Shown here: positions 10,746 to 23,342 of the stretch, one piece after another
How the letters are laid out: every line of letters starts with the position of its first letter
Position numbering within the stretch: the stretch's first letter is position 1
Assembly (NCBI GenBank): GCA_000004985.1
Contig: GG738860.1
Direction: 5' to 3' (one strand)
Source: Naegleria gruberi
Taxonomy: Eukaryota
Length of the DNA stretch: 64,000 bases
Translations under genes and position numbers: made by a program
Notes under the pieces: model-generated
Databases searched by the model: none
What the model was told of the DNA's origin: nothing
Seen by the model: only the letters and a program-made list of their open reading frames with translations

Positions 10746-13715
10746 ATGTTCGGAAGTACAAACAATAAGACTCAATACAATTTTGAAACCACTTCAACAA
10801 CACCTTTCCAACAACAATTACACAATGAATCAACGAGAACTCCAAACACAGCACTAAACAATCTGATCGGAAGAAAATTAATCGATACTAGTCTCTATTC
10901 TACTGATTATTCAACAACTGAGGATGCTTCAGTGTTCTATACTCCCCATTCAAACTTGGGAGGCCAGCAAGCCGACATGTTAAAGAAGAACTCTTGCCCT
11001 CAAAATCCACCAATTTCAAACACTACCAAATTTGCCCAAGCACCCTTTGGTTCATTCAATAACGAATTGAGGGGTCAATTCAAGTCATCATCTCAAATCA
11101 ATAACCATACTCAAACGAGTGGTAACAATAGTTTACTTCGCAGAGCCATCTCTCAAAAGTATTCACCAAATGTTGCAGCAAACACTGTAACTTTTATAAG
11201 TAATAACACGACAGCAAGTACTGAGGATTTGGAAGATGATTGCTTTGGATCTCCAACAACACCATCCTCGTATCATCAACAGTATGAAGTTATGACTTCA
11301 GATTCTGCAACACCAGTTTCAAAGCTTAGTACGAGTACCATTTCCAAGAAATCTCCCCTTCTGACCGATGATTATTCCTCCCATCAATCTACTAATAAGA
11401 GTACAACAGGATGTAACACTTTGAGTAGTGGCAGGACCAAGTCAAGTGAGGCACTTTCATCTACCAAATCATCGTGGTCCAAGCCAAAAGCTTGTCACAG
11501 TTTTAAGATTGATAATCCATTTCTCAATGACAAGAGTCATTTAAATGAAAATTATTCTTGCTCGTATGTGAGAGAGGACAATTTCATGGCCAATCATCAC
11601 TTTAATCGTCACAATACCAGTGGTCATTGTAATAATAGAGAGAAGAAAGCCATTTTTGAATTAAGCGTCAATGAAGAAGATTTGAGAATACTCGAGGAGG
11701 GTATTCCATATCAAAACAATTCATCATCCAACACAACGTGGTTTAATACTACCATTCAACCACAACAATTTTCCAATAATAAGGAAGAGACAATCAAACC
11801 AGTCAACCCAATTTCACCTCCATTTTTGAATTCACCACAAAGAGATCATCAAGGCAATTTTACCAAGAGCCAAATCGAGACTGACAAAAGCTACAATAAC
11901 ATTAGCAAATCTTCCACTAGTAAGGACTCTGCAAGGTATTTATCAATAATAGACCATCAACATACTATTGCATCCACCAATTATGAAAATAACAAGTTAG
12001 AGAAAATCCATACTGATCACTGTGATCCATCACATCAAATTGATACCGCACGATGTGTTCCAAAAAATTCTACATTTGAAATCAATCTTGATGGGTCGAG
12101 AAGTTGTACATCAAGCAATGATAAGCTGCAAGACTTTAAAAGTTGTATGGAAGAAGTGCAAGAAAGTGCAAAATTCCAGCCTGAAAAAAAACAAACATCA
12201 TCTCGAGGCACTACATCTGCTGTGTTTTGCTCGAGTATCATCACTCATACTGCTGCTGAAACAGGAATTGAGAATAATCCTCTACTTGACGATTGTACTT
12301 TCCTACCATCACCAATATTACCAAAGGAGAGTGTCAGGTCAAACAATACATCGACTCTACATATCATTGATCATTCTTTATTGTTCAGAGACGATCAAGA
12401 AGAAGAAGAAACCAAGTCAATCGAAAAGACAACTTTGGTTAAGCCTGATATTAATAGCAGAGAATCAACACAAGGCGACAAGATGCTTCAAGCAGTTTCC
12501 ATCAGAAATGATTTGAACCACTTTTCTAATCAACTCCAATTTGTAAGAATGCCAATTGGTGGTAACAAGGCTAGACATCAACAACAAGAACAACCAATGG
12601 TCACCCTAAAGAAAGTTACTACCACACCAAAGAAGAATATTCTCAAGCAAGAGATTAATAGACCTGCTGCTATTTCCGAATTGGCTTGCTCATTCAAAGC
12701 TAATGACGGATTTTTCATGAATCAAAGCATACTTCATCAAGATGATATGGACATTGATGATTGTGAGGAATTCGAAAAGAATAAGCAAAGATTCAAGAAC
12801 AAGTTCATCAAGAGAAGAGCCAAACTCTTACTCAACTCTGAACAAGTCAATATCATTACAGCTAGAAGCTTGAGTGAAAATCTGAGAATTGTCACTGAAA
12901 AGGCTTGCCTTCTTCAAAAGCTCAAATTACAACTTGAAGAAAAGACCTTGGCCATCCAACGTGTTTGTGATAGAATTGTCCATGAAGATTTATCTTGGCA
13001 ATTGGAAGATATCATTACAGAGTCAACAACCTTTTGGTCAACATGTGATCAAGTGAATACTGCCTCACCTTTCTCTGTTCTTCAATTTTTAAATAAGGTC
13101 TGTGAATCTGAGAATGAAATCATCAATGCCATTGAAGATTTGATTGACTTTGTCATTACCTCAGCAAAGAGAATGTGTAAAAAGCATTCTTTAAACATTA
13201 ATATAATCCTAGATACAATCAGAGAGTCTGCTGCTATAGAATTATCGAGTACAAGATCATACACCCAACTCAAATCTGCTGCCAGTAAGCAGCAACAACG
13301 TTCCTCCTCTACCAAACCATCCACCACCATTAATCACCACATTTCCTCTAACTTTTCTCCAATCACATCCTTCTCCTCCACTAGTGAATATAGCCTATAC
13401 TCGATGAAACCATCCAACAAGAATATCACCAATTTTGAGCATACCACAACACCTGAAACACTTGACCAAGTTTTTGATATCAAGAAGAGAAGCGAGCTCT
13501 TTGAAATTATTGATAATAACGTAGATACAGTGCTGGATATTTGTTCTGCCATTCGTCACTATGCCAGTGATGAAAAGATGGAAGCTCTTGATACTGTATT
13601 TGAGGAAAAGTTTTCAGCATATTGCAAGATTTTGGATGAAATGAAAAATTACTCTGGTATTGATTTTGATATTTCCCTTAGTGGTTCAGATGTCTGTGGT
13701 GTTTCCTTTTACTAA
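10746..13715 (+). CDS. large Ser/Asn/Thr/Gln-rich low-complexity protein with structured C-terminal ~300 aa, function unknown
   Basis: Uninterrupted 989-aa ORF with purine-rich leader. C-terminus has normal composition (coiled-coil-like KLKLQLEEKTLAIQ). Confidence 0.45.
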   Translation: MFGSTNNKTQYNFETTSTTPFQQQLHNESTRTPNTALNNLIGRKLIDTSLYSTDYSTTEDASVFYTPHSNLGGQQADMLKKNSCPQNPPISNTTKFAQAPFGSFNNELRGQFKSSSQINNHTQTSGNNSLLRRAISQKYSPNVAANTVTFISNNTTASTEDLEDDCFGSPTTPSSYHQQYEVMTSDSATPVSKLSTSTISKKSPLLTDDYSSHQSTNKSTTGCNTLSSGRTKSSEALSSTKSSWSKPKACHSFKIDNPFLNDKSHLNENYSCSYVREDNFMANHHFNRHNTSGHCNNREKKAIFELSVNEEDLRILEEGIPYQNNSSSNTTWFNTTIQPQQFSNNKEETIKPVNPISPPFLNSPQRDHQGNFTKSQIETDKSYNNISKSSTSKDSARYLSIIDHQHTIASTNYENNKLEKIHTDHCDPSHQIDTARCVPKNSTFEINLDGSRSCTSSNDKLQDFKSCMEEVQESAKFQPEKKQTSSRGTTSAVFCSSIITHTAAETGIENNPLLDDCTFLPSPILPKESVRSNNTSTLHIIDHSLLFRDDQEEEETKSIEKTTLVKPDINSRESTQGDKMLQAVSIRNDLNHFSNQLQFVRMPIGGNKARHQQQEQPMVTLKKVTTTPKKNILKQEINRPAAISELACSFKANDGFFMNQSILHQDDMDIDDCEEFEKNKQRFKNKFIKRRAKLLLNSEQVNIITARSLSENLRIVTEKACLLQKLKLQLEEKTLAIQRVCDRIVHEDLSWQLEDIITESTTFWSTCDQVNTASPFSVLQFLNKVCESENEIINAIEDLIDFVITSAKRMCKKHSLNINIILDTIRESAAIELSSTRSYTQLKSAASKQQQRSSSTKPSTTINHHISSNFSPITSFSSTSEYSLYSMKPSNKNITNFEHTTTPETLDQVFDIKKRSELFEIIDNNVDTVLDICSAIRHYASDEKMEALDTVFEEKFSAYCKILDEMKNYSGIDFDISLSGSDVCGVSFY

Positions 13716-14242
13716 AGATGAATTAAGTTTCCTCTTTATCATTTAATGTGTAGCCATCTACCACCAAGTTCATCTCCATTCATTGATTGTTACACACAAA
13801 GAAGAAATAAATCTCTCCTTCTTAGAGAGACATTATTATTGATACCCACTACATTTTATACAATAAGAGCATGGATATTGATTGATTATCCAATCGATTG
13901 GAGGAACATTAATTGATCAACTAGAGTGACCCTTATTACAATTAATTGTAAACACTGTATCAATACCAATCCGAAATAGGTCATAAATAGGGTCGCAGCG
14001 TTATCAACTCAACCAACGAACCTTCAACAATCTGTTCATGAACATGCTCACTCTAGTAAGCTTTTTTGTAACACGACACGCAATGCGTGGCCTTAAAGCT
14101 TTGACCTCATTATTTTGAATAATTCCATTAAGCGCACAATGTTAAAATTGTCCAAATATGGGCAATTTTATGTTGTGGTCAGAGCCTTAAATACTCAACC
14201 AAAGATTAACTTTATTTCACACACAAGCAAACAAACAAAAAA

Positions 14243-14602
14243 ATGTCTTTCCCAATCCCATCTCCATACCAATACGACGATTCCTTCTGCGTTGGAAACG
14301 CTGAAATCAATGAGCAACATAAGAAGCTTTTCGAATTGATCAATGCTTTGGACGCCAACAGAACTTGTGGTACCACTTTGAAGACTTTGTTGGACTATGT
14401 TGTTATGCACTTCAAGACTGAAGAAGATTTGTTTGCCAAGCACGCTTGGTCTGAATCTGCTGCTCACAAGGAAATTCACGACAAGTTTGTTCAAGATGCT
14501 TTGGGTTTGACCTCAGTTGGTGATGCTGAAATGCAATTCATCAGACAATGGTTGGTTGATCACATTATGGGATCTGACATGAAGTACAAGGGTGTTATCT
14601 AA
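14243..14602 (+). CDS. hemerythrin (119 aa; Nfa1-like)
   Basis: All seven hemerythrin ligands present: H (NEQHKKLFELI), HxxxE (HFKTE), HxxxH (HKEIH), HxxxxD (HIMGSD). A 360-bp ORF with no intron. Confidence 0.85.
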   Translation: MSFPIPSPYQYDDSFCVGNAEINEQHKKLFELINALDANRTCGTTLKTLLDYVVMHFKTEEDLFAKHAWSESAAHKEIHDKFVQDALGLTSVGDAEMQFIRQWLVDHIMGSDMKYKGVI

Positions 14603-14731
14603 ATTCTCTGGAGAATAAAAACAATTGTATTTTTAAAGTAAAATAACCTTCATAAAATTGTTGTAATAAAGGAAATGAAATCATTGTTTTGGGAAAAGGA
14701 AACCAGGTTGCTAAACACCAGATAATTAAAA

Positions 14732-14819
14732 GGCGACTGAGGGAATTGAACCCTCGACCCTCAGTTATCTCAGCATTACTGCCTACAAGACTGATGCACT
14801 ACCACTGTGCTAAGCCGCC
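14732..14819 (-). tRNA. tRNA-Thr(UGU) with a 17-nt intron at the canonical 37/38 position
   Basis: Minus strand GGCGGCT-TA-GCAC-AGTGGTA-GTGC-A-TCAGT-CTTGTA[GGCAGTAATGCTGAGAT]A-ACTGA-GGGTC-GAGGG-TTCAATT-CCCTC-AGTCGCC. All stems pair, with one G-U in the acceptor stem. Confidence 0.75.
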
Positions 14820-15537
14820 TTACATGTAACTGAAAACATTTTAACATACATACAATATCAACACCAACCTTTATCGGCCAAGTGAACCAACGTTGAATGT
14901 TTTAATGATAATAATATTCTTATAGGGAAAATAATGTTATGAAACATCAGATTTATACTTTAGATATTGCTTGAATAATGTATGAAGATATGAAATTCAC
15001 ACCACCACCTTGGAAATATGATTTTTCAGAAGCTTTTTGGATGGAACACAGATCTTGAAATCAAATCGATTCACTTTCGTTTCATTTGACTATGGTGGAA
15101 TGAAATTTTTGATAAGTGTAAAAGTTGAACTTTGGATTTGAAAATAATATTATTGCTTGCCATTCAATTCGTTTTGATTTGTTCATTGATTGTATTGGTA
15201 TTAATCTGTTCCATGTCTATTGTGTGAAAGAGAGAAGGAAAGGAACAAGACACCACAATAAATTGAATACTCAACATTCAATAGACAATTTGTAAATTAA
15301 AATTGATCAAAACGTACTTTACACTATTTTACACTATAATTTCAATTAAACTTTTCAAATTCCTTTCCAAAATTATTATTCCGAATATTTCTCCCATTTC
15401 CTTTCCTTGAAATTACAAAACATCACAAAAAAATAGAACAAAGTTGCAACTAGATTTATTTAATTTCTTCTGCATGAAACTCTATCTCTCAAGATCCTTC
15501 TAGAAAAAAGAGAGATCATCACAAGTAGATAAAGACA

Positions 15538-17135
15538 ATGCACACTAAAGATTTTCTCTCCTTTGTAAATTCTTCCGAGCCATGTACTTCAAAAACTGGC
15601 TTACCATCATCATCAAGTAATAATAATACAACAACAACTACCACTACTAATAATACGAATACAAATACAAATAATAATAATACAACAGCAATAGTAAATA
15701 ATGGTATTACACCATGGAAACCCTATTCTATTGATACATTTTCTGCTAATTTTGCACAACCTTTGAATAGTAATTTTGCTAGTGAAGTAACAAATCAACC
15801 TTCTGTACAAAGTTCTTATCCGAATAGTAGTTGTATTAATAGTGATGTAAATTCGGATGCTTCACGTAATTCATCTCAACCTTCTTCTTTCTATGATTTC
15901 TTATTAATTAATACTGGTCTTATTTCATCGCCAACAATTCCCTTCTTGGCATCACCTTTTGATCAGAATGATCAACCTCTTGTTAGTATGTATCAATATT
16001 AATTATATAATTAATCGTCATCTTTAATTATTTTAATACAATTTTGTATACAGTACAAGGAAGTAAAGTTGGTAAAAAACTAATCTTTACAGTTGGACCT
16101 AATGGGTTAATGCCTGGAGAAATGTGTGAAGGTCATATTAATATACCCTATGATGATTTGGAGCTAGTAGGAAAATATGTGGGAAGTGGAAGTTTTGGAC
16201 ATGTTGTAGTTGCAAAACATAAAGTTACTGGAAAGAAGTATGCTCTCAAAATGATCTATCAAGATAGTAATCATTTGGAATTATCTCAAAAGATGGAATG
16301 GGCCGAGTTTGCAGCCATTTACTTTTGTGATCACTTGTCATTGATCAAGGTTCATGAATGTTACTATAGAAATTTATGTTTTTATATGCTATTGGATTAT
16401 TGTAATTGTGGAAGTTTGAGAGATATCTTAAAGGTAGTGCCAGTGGAAAATATCACTGAGAGAATATTATCAGTTATTGCAGAAAAGGTTTTAATTGGAT
16501 TGGACCATTTGCAACAAAATCATGTCATTCACAGAGACATCAAACCTGAAAATATTCTTGTAAACTATGACAAGACAATTAAGAAGGCTGAGATTAAAAT
16601 TGGAGACTTTGGACTCTGTGGACACAAGAAATTGGAGACTGGTTCTACATTTTTCAAGACAGTGAATGGAACATTTATCTATAGATCTCCAGAAAGACTT
16701 TTAGAGGATAATTACAACTATACAAGTGATATTTGGAGTCTGGGAGTGATGGCTGTAGAGCTCATAGTTGGAAGTCACCCTCTCATAGATATGGACATTA
16801 CTGATAGTAATAGAGACAACCTCTATCAAATACCAGAAATTATAATGAATGCTGTAAATAATCACAAGTTTGGAAAAAATTCTGAGAAGGTTCTGAGTGA
16901 AGAATTTAAAAATTTTGTAAAGAAGTGTTGTGAATATGAGCAACAGAAGAGACCATTTGCTCGTGAAATGCTCTCACACGCTTGGATTAAAAAGTTCAAA
17001 GACAGAGATAATGATGTTTTGTTTAGTGAGTGGCTAGCCTTATTCTATCTCAAAAAGAAGAATCAATTCAACATTCCAGCAGAATCACCTAAAAATCAAT
17101 TGAACGCCTTTACTGGATTCAGTCACCATAAGTAA
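15538..17135 (+). CDS. STE7-like MAP kinase kinase with Asn/Thr/Ser-rich N-terminal exon; exons 15538-15985, 16054-17135
   Basis: VGSGSFGHV, YALKMI, HRDIKPENILV, DFGLCG...YRSPE, DIWSLGV. Intron 15986-16053 (GTATGT...TACAG) joins ...DQPLV to IQGSKVGKK. Confidence 0.7.
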
Positions 17136-17277
17136 CCATTTCTTACAAGAATAAACGCAACACTACAAGAATTATAATACCAGCTAAGTCAGCTCGCAAG
17201 CGTATGTAGTACCACTAACAAGTGCTGGTTAAATTCCTTGCTTGCACGATTTGGCCTTAATACTATCTTAATCACCA

Positions 17278-17360
17278 GCCCGCGTAGCAGAGTGGTCAAA
17301 TGCGTAAGACTTAAGATCTTATCCCGAATGGGTTCGTGGGTTCGAACCCCACCGCTGGCA
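17278..17360 (+). tRNA. tRNA-Leu(UAA), class II with long variable arm, no intron
   Basis: GCCCGCG-TA-GCA-GAGTGGTCAAA-TGC-G-TAAGA-CTTAAGA-TCTTA-TCCCGAATGGGTTC-GTGGG-TTCGAAC-CCCAC-CGCTGGC-A. One C-T mismatch in the acceptor stem. Confidence 0.8.
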
Positions 17361-17478
17361 ATTCCTTTTGACATATTTCATTTTTTTACAACAATGTACA
17401 ATAACAACAGCAGAATTTACTATTGAGGAAGGGAGACTGAGATGGTGAGTTTATTTTTGTGAGAGCATTTAGAATAAA

Positions 17479-20400
17479 TCAGTTTGATTTAAGGAGCGAT
17501 CTAAGCTTTCCAAGTAGGTTAATCACAAAACAGATTAAGAACGGAATGGTCCATATAGTATCATCCTGTTCCTCCTCTTTTTTGGTTGTTTTCACAGTTG
17601 TGGGATAATGTTGATCATCCTCTTGCCTGCCGTGTTGATGAGATTCCTTTTCCTTCTCTCCAAAATATTCCTCAGGTTCCTCAATATCATCATCCTCTTG
17701 GTCAACTTCCTGGTCATCCTCAATATCTTGTTCTTCCTTTTTTTGAGCTTCTAATGTTTCTGGATCTTCTGAATAGAGTGTTGGAAAATGCTTACAAAAA
17801 CACCTTAATGACAAGCCAATATTAATCACATATTCCAAGTAAGATTTACCATTCATTTCAACCACTCGAGGCTTAAAGTATTTACCATTAATTGGCAACA
17901 TCATGGAATTATACATATTGTCTAACTGAATTCTCTTACGACGTGTTGACTCTGGAAGAAAATCTGAATTGGAGGAGAAGGCTTTGAGATTCACAAGGCA
18001 AACATTATTGCTAATAGAGTTGTAGTCAAAGGAACATAGAGTTAATTTGATTGTATCCTGGAGAGTTTTGTTTTCTAACAGCTCAGTAGTGCCGCCACTC
18101 TTTTCATTCATATAAATTCCAAGTGCAAATTTAAATCCAAAAACTTCGAATTGATCTCCAAATATCCAAGTTTCATGAGTTTTCATACAGACACGAATGA
18201 CACATGTTTGGATAAGGGTTGGGAACTTGTTTGCCAATGTGTAAATAAATGAAGGATAATTGGTTGAAGAAAGGTCCTTTCGTCCATTATGAATAATTTC
18301 CTCATTAAAATCTTGAATTGGTTCGAATTGTAAATTTCTCAATCCTACCACAAATTTGTAAACTAGAAAATCATCATTTCTTGAATAAGGTTCTAAGAAT
18401 TTCTTTTTTACATGATAGCTCATGACCCTTCCATTCCAATTAATTTTTCTGCTATTGGAAAAGTATGTTTGGGGTTCGAAATCATAATTACACATGACAA
18501 TATCCACCATTCCCCTTTGCTTAGTTTCTGGTTTAGTTTGTTGTAGATTAATTTTGAAACTGTCTTTAGTGGAATATAGCACGTATTTAGGATTTGGAAT
18601 AAACTCAATACACCATTCGTATCCTAGTGCATTAAAAGTTGTGCTTGTATACTCTTCATTTCTCAAATATTGATCAAGCAAGGGAACTTTAACCAACACT
18701 TCATTCAATATAAATTCCTTTCTATTAAACAAATTTGTGAAATATTCCAAATCTTTCTCAAGAATTGGTGATGTCTCAGTACTAGGTTTAAGAACCTGAA
18801 TTGTCTTGTGTGAGTGTTTGTAAAATTCATGCCCAATTAGAAACTCAATAAAACTATTCATTATCTTCTTGGCTGGAATGAAATGTTTTAGAGCTCCTTT
18901 TGCAATTTTCACAATATCGAACCCAGAGAATGATGTTAAATCCTGTTCTCCACTGATAAAATCAGTAAACAGTCTTTCGATAATGGCACTCGTCTCATCT
19001 GGAATGTCATTTTTCAGCATTAAATAACTAAGAGTCTCAATAACTGTAGAGTAGTATCCCAAATCAAGTAAAATTGGTGCAAACTGGCAAAAAGCTATTG
19101 AGGATCTTCTGGAAATGTTCTCCAAATATCCAATTTCAACCTTGGTGAATTCAATTTTCTTTTCATTCCACATCTTGTTAATTACTGGGAGAATTGAAGT
19201 GGCATCCCTAAGGTATGAATCATATCTGTAAGATTTGAGGAAAAGTTTGCAAATTTCGTCTAGATTTGGAATATCTTCAATTTGGTTTCCAAAATGGTGA
19301 AAAAGGCCAATAATAATTACATATGCTTCTTTCATATCTTGTGATTTCACTCTTTCCTTCACAGCTGACACTACTGAGTCAATTTTCGTATAGTCAAGTT
19401 TAGGATATAAAAGATTGCGCTTATCCATTTTTTGAGTCTTTCGTATTATGCAAACCTTTGGTGTTTCCTGACAAAATATGGAGAATTGTGAACCTAGTAC
19501 TGAATCACTGAAGCAATCCCAAAGCAAAACCCTACAATTCGTAAACTTTTTCAAATGTTCAATAGTTTCTAATGTGAGATCAGTATTGTATATAACAATG
19601 AGATCGTCCAATTGATAAGACATTGGTATAATTTTCTCAAAGAACCCATCTTGTAATTTTGAATTTTCAAATGAAAGTTTTTGTAAATTGACTGCTGATA
19701 GTAACATGTCAGAGAATCCACGTTCCATACCAGTTATTTCTCCACTAAATTTGATGGTGAGTAGAAATTTTGGGAGCTTACATTGAGAATAATCATTAAT
19801 CATTTCAGGAACATGCAAAATTAAACTATGTAAATTGGAGAAATTTGTCAATTTGGAGAAGTGATGAATGTTTCCATTATTCAGTTCCAACTGGAGATAC
19901 TTCATAGTATCCTGTGGCAGCATATCAACCAATGATGCACAACTATTATTTGAATGGAGCTTTTCCAATTTGCATTCTTTCATTGATTCTAATTGCTTTC
20001 GAATAAAAGTATTTGTGGATTTATCTTCACCATTTACCACCAATTCCACCAAGTTTTCACATTCAAATTCTACATTATCAATGGCATTCTTCCCATAGTT
20101 CCAACTCAGCTTTTTCAAATCTTTTGTAATGAAAGACTTGACAATATCAATATAGTCATCACAATCAAAATTTCCGATTGTTAAAGAATGCAGAGAAAGA
20201 TTTTCATGTAATTTGGCAAGTATTTCCATGTCTGTGAGAATAACATGTAAGGATTCCTTAAAGTTCAATTGTAAAGTTGCTAAATTAGACAGCTTGCTCA
20301 AACAATTCAATAATGGATCAATCACACGACTAGCATTTGATATTGAAAGTGTGTTGATTGTTAGATTTTCAAGAGTTGGTGCAAGATTACTCAAATTCAT

Positions 20401-21338
20401 GTGCCAGTTTGTGAAAGTTTGACTCGTTGTGAAATTCCAAATCAATTCGAGAGTCTTCAAGTTTGGAAATGAGTTTGATTTTTCGAATACTGAATAGAAA
20501 GGACCATGGATTGCATAATCATTCTTATAATTATAATCATAAACCAATTCCATTTTCTTAATTGTTTTAGAATATTTTGAAAGTGCCATCTTGGCTGCTT
20601 TGTCATTATACGGTATAAATTTCAATTCTGTTAAATTCTCACACTGCTCTGTAAATTGTGAAACAACCTTATCAGTTATCATCACAGTTTCAAAGGAAAG
20701 GCATTCTAGTGATCTAGGAAAGTTCATTTTCGTGCAACTCAAATCATCTTTATAATATGAATGGCCCAGGTAAGTGAAAGATATTTCAAGTTTTTTGAGA
20801 TTTTGAAATTCATTGAAAAATTGAAAACTATCCAATTCCAAATCACAAACTGATAAACTTTGTAAAGTTTCCAATATTGGGCTCTTATTAGAAATCCATT
20901 TGGAAATAAAACCTGCACAATTATTCAACAAACCCTTCCCAAATTTTAATTCTTCAACTTTCTTCAACTTTCCAATTTCAACCAATCCAAAACCTTGAAA
21001 TTATTAAAATTCTTGCAAGAAAATTCACTCAACTTACCATCAACCCGAATATTATTTAATTTTCCCTCGAAAAAATTACAATCAATTCTTGTCAAATTTT
21101 CCAATTTGATCAAATAATTGTCAATTATTTCACACAAAATCCGATCGGTGGCTGAGGAACGAATTGTAAAGGTTGTCTTGTTGTGGATCAGATAATTATT
21201 CACCCATTCGAAAAAGTGTGTTGAAACCAATCTCAAATTAAATAAATGGTGGTTTTCTTTCAAGAAGCAAAACACATGTTGAATGAAGAGTTCTGCAGGT
21301 AATTCCAACAGTTTCATTTTTTTCTTCTGGAATTGCAA
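17479..21338 (-). CDS. F-box / leucine-rich-repeat / tandem MATH-domain protein with acidic C-terminal tail; exons 21338-21038, 20993-17479
   Basis: N-terminal LPAELFIQHVFCFL (F-box). 44-nt intron 20994-21037 (GTAAGT...TTCAAG) joins ...NIRVDG to GFGLVEIGKLKKVEELKFGK. Long LRR region. Two MATH-like blocks (YEWCIEFIPNPKYVLYS..., KFALGIYMNEKSGG...). C-terminal DEEQ-rich tail. Confidence 0.65.
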
Positions 21339-21471
21339 GATTCAATTTCAAAGATTGATCAAAAGTTGCAATTATTTGATGATAAATTGATCAATAAAGT
21401 TATTTCTTATTATCTATCAAATTCTGATGGAAGGAGACAAGCAATTTGCTCTATAGAAATGGAGCGGTATT

Positions 21472-23342
21472 TTATTCATCTTCATCACTTATGCAATACC
21501 AATTCATTTCATTCCATTTTCTCAATTTTTTAAATCCAAAAGAAGTAATCAATGAGCTTTCCTTGATACCAATATTTCTCAATAATTTCAGTACTGTTTC
21601 ATTTGTTTCTGCATTAAAATTATTCCATAAATAATCAATATCATCATCAGAAAAGTAATATCCCAAACGATTCAAATTCTTGAAGGTTTCATTCTTTGCC
21701 AATATTTCAACAAAATCAATATCAACCACTTGCTCCTCATCAATTTCATCACCTTCATTATAAACTGAAAGATCTCGTAAATTTACGAGAATATTTGATT
21801 TGGCAAGATATTCTAAATCTGATATTGTTGATGGCATGGACAAGTGTAAAGTATTAAGGTTGGAAAAGTATTGGGAATCTGAATAAAATAACTTGAACCC
21901 ATTCAAGCAACTATTGGCTTTGTGAATTTCCAAACATTCAAGAGATTTTGCGGTCGAATTAATGACACTAACCAAATGGTCAGAACCGTGTTCTAGTTTG
22001 ACTTTTCCATTTATGAGTAATATTTGGAGATTGCTAATATAGTTGGATTGCATAATTTCATCAATATCACGAACTTGACTCAAAAATTCTAAATATGTCA
22101 TATTACTCAATGTTTCATTCTCTGAAAGTGATAAAACTCCCTTATTCGATATTTGAAACAGTGTTAAACTTTCTAACATTGGCATTTTGAACCTACAAAC
22201 AAGATCGGTAGCAAAGGATGAACAATCAAAAGTTAATGATACTAAATTTGGACATTCGATATTGATTTCCTCATTTTCCTTCTCACTACGCAATTCGAAC
22301 CAGTCTCCCTCATCAATAGTACAATATCTCAGGGATGGACATTCAAAAATCTCGAACAACTCTGCAAAAGAACAAGTGGCAGTCAAATTGTGCAATGTCA
22401 AATATTCTAATACTGGTAATGATGCAATGTAAGAAATTCCACTCGCATCCATATTTTCCAACTCCAAACTCCTCAAACAATTAGTATATCTGTTGACGTA
22501 TAGAGCTACATTATTCAAGCGTTTAGTACCTCTAATTGTCAGTGATGTTAAATTGTGCAACAAGTGTGAATCCAGATACATTCTTCCCTCTCCTGTCATC
22601 CAAAAATCCAAACGTTTAATATTCATAATGTTTACATTATCCAAATCTGAGAATAAGAGTTCAGATTGCAAACAGAGCTTTAGGCTTTTTAAATTTCCAA
22701 ATTGTTGAATATATCAGCAGGTCTGTCATATTCAGAAGATGTTATTATTGCATTTTCCATAGAGTTGAAATATTTAGATTTTACAAACTCAATCAAATCT
22801 GGTCTATTCTCATCTAAATAATAATGGAATTGCCTCAAATGTCCAACTGCTCTATAAAATTGTTTAGAAACAAGTAAAAGCTTAAAACCCTCCAAATTTG
22901 GCAAATAGGATAGAATGACAGCAATTACATCATCACAGGCATTTTCCATCACATTTTGCCGATGTTTCTTCTTTGAATTTTTTAACTTTGCTTCATCACA
23001 AATATTTGAATATTTTCTCTTCCGATCCAGTATTTCCAATTCCAAGTGTAAATGCTTAGTACGTTCCCTAGCCATCAGGAGTTGAAATATTTGATCGGAG
23101 TTCAATCCCACATCATTCAATGCTACCAATTCATTGTTAAGATTTCCATCAGAAATATTTTTTACATCTTGATTGGATAAAGATGGTTGTAGAGACATTT
23201 TTTTGGAATTGTTGCACTTTTTACAATAACAATTTATTTTTAATGCACAATAGAAGTTCATATTTAAATTTGAATATAAAAATAGAATTTTATAATAGAA
23301 TTTTATAAAAAAAAATGAGCGATTTGGCATCAAGCACAACAT
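21472..23342 (-). CDS. F-box/LRR-repeat protein; apparent 1-nt frameshift near 22690-22700 joining ORFs 23342-22689 and 22671-21472
   Basis: F-box DDVIAVILSYLPNLEGFKLLLVSKQFYRAV. Downstream frame opens as ...NLKSLKLCLQSELLFSDLDNV, then LRRs. Inserting one A in 'ttggaaattt' merges the frames. Likely start is MSLQPSLSN near 23199. Confidence 0.5.

Noticed and set aside
12022-12516. Internal and antisense ORFs inside long genes (for example 12022-12516, 12035-12244, 13082-13552, 19868-20422, 22187-22708, 33142-34188, 41567-42407, 58407-58628, 61104-61796)
   Set aside because: Each is embedded in or antisense to a longer, better-supported CDS. Composition is biased and there are no motifs.
13960-14110. 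Short palindrome CACGCATTGCGTG between the 10746 gene and hemerythrin
   Set aside because: An isolated 6-bp stem; insufficient to call a terminator or regulatory site.
17140-17277. Possible additional tRNA just upstream of tRNA-Leu (CCAGC...GCTGG hairpin, GGTTAAATTCC)
   Set aside because: Cannot be folded into a cloverleaf. No T-stem pairing. Probably just the tRNA gene's upstream flank.
17189-17426. ORFs 17189-17374(-) and 17238-17426(+)
   Set aside because: They overlap the tRNA-Leu(UAA) gene and are spurious.
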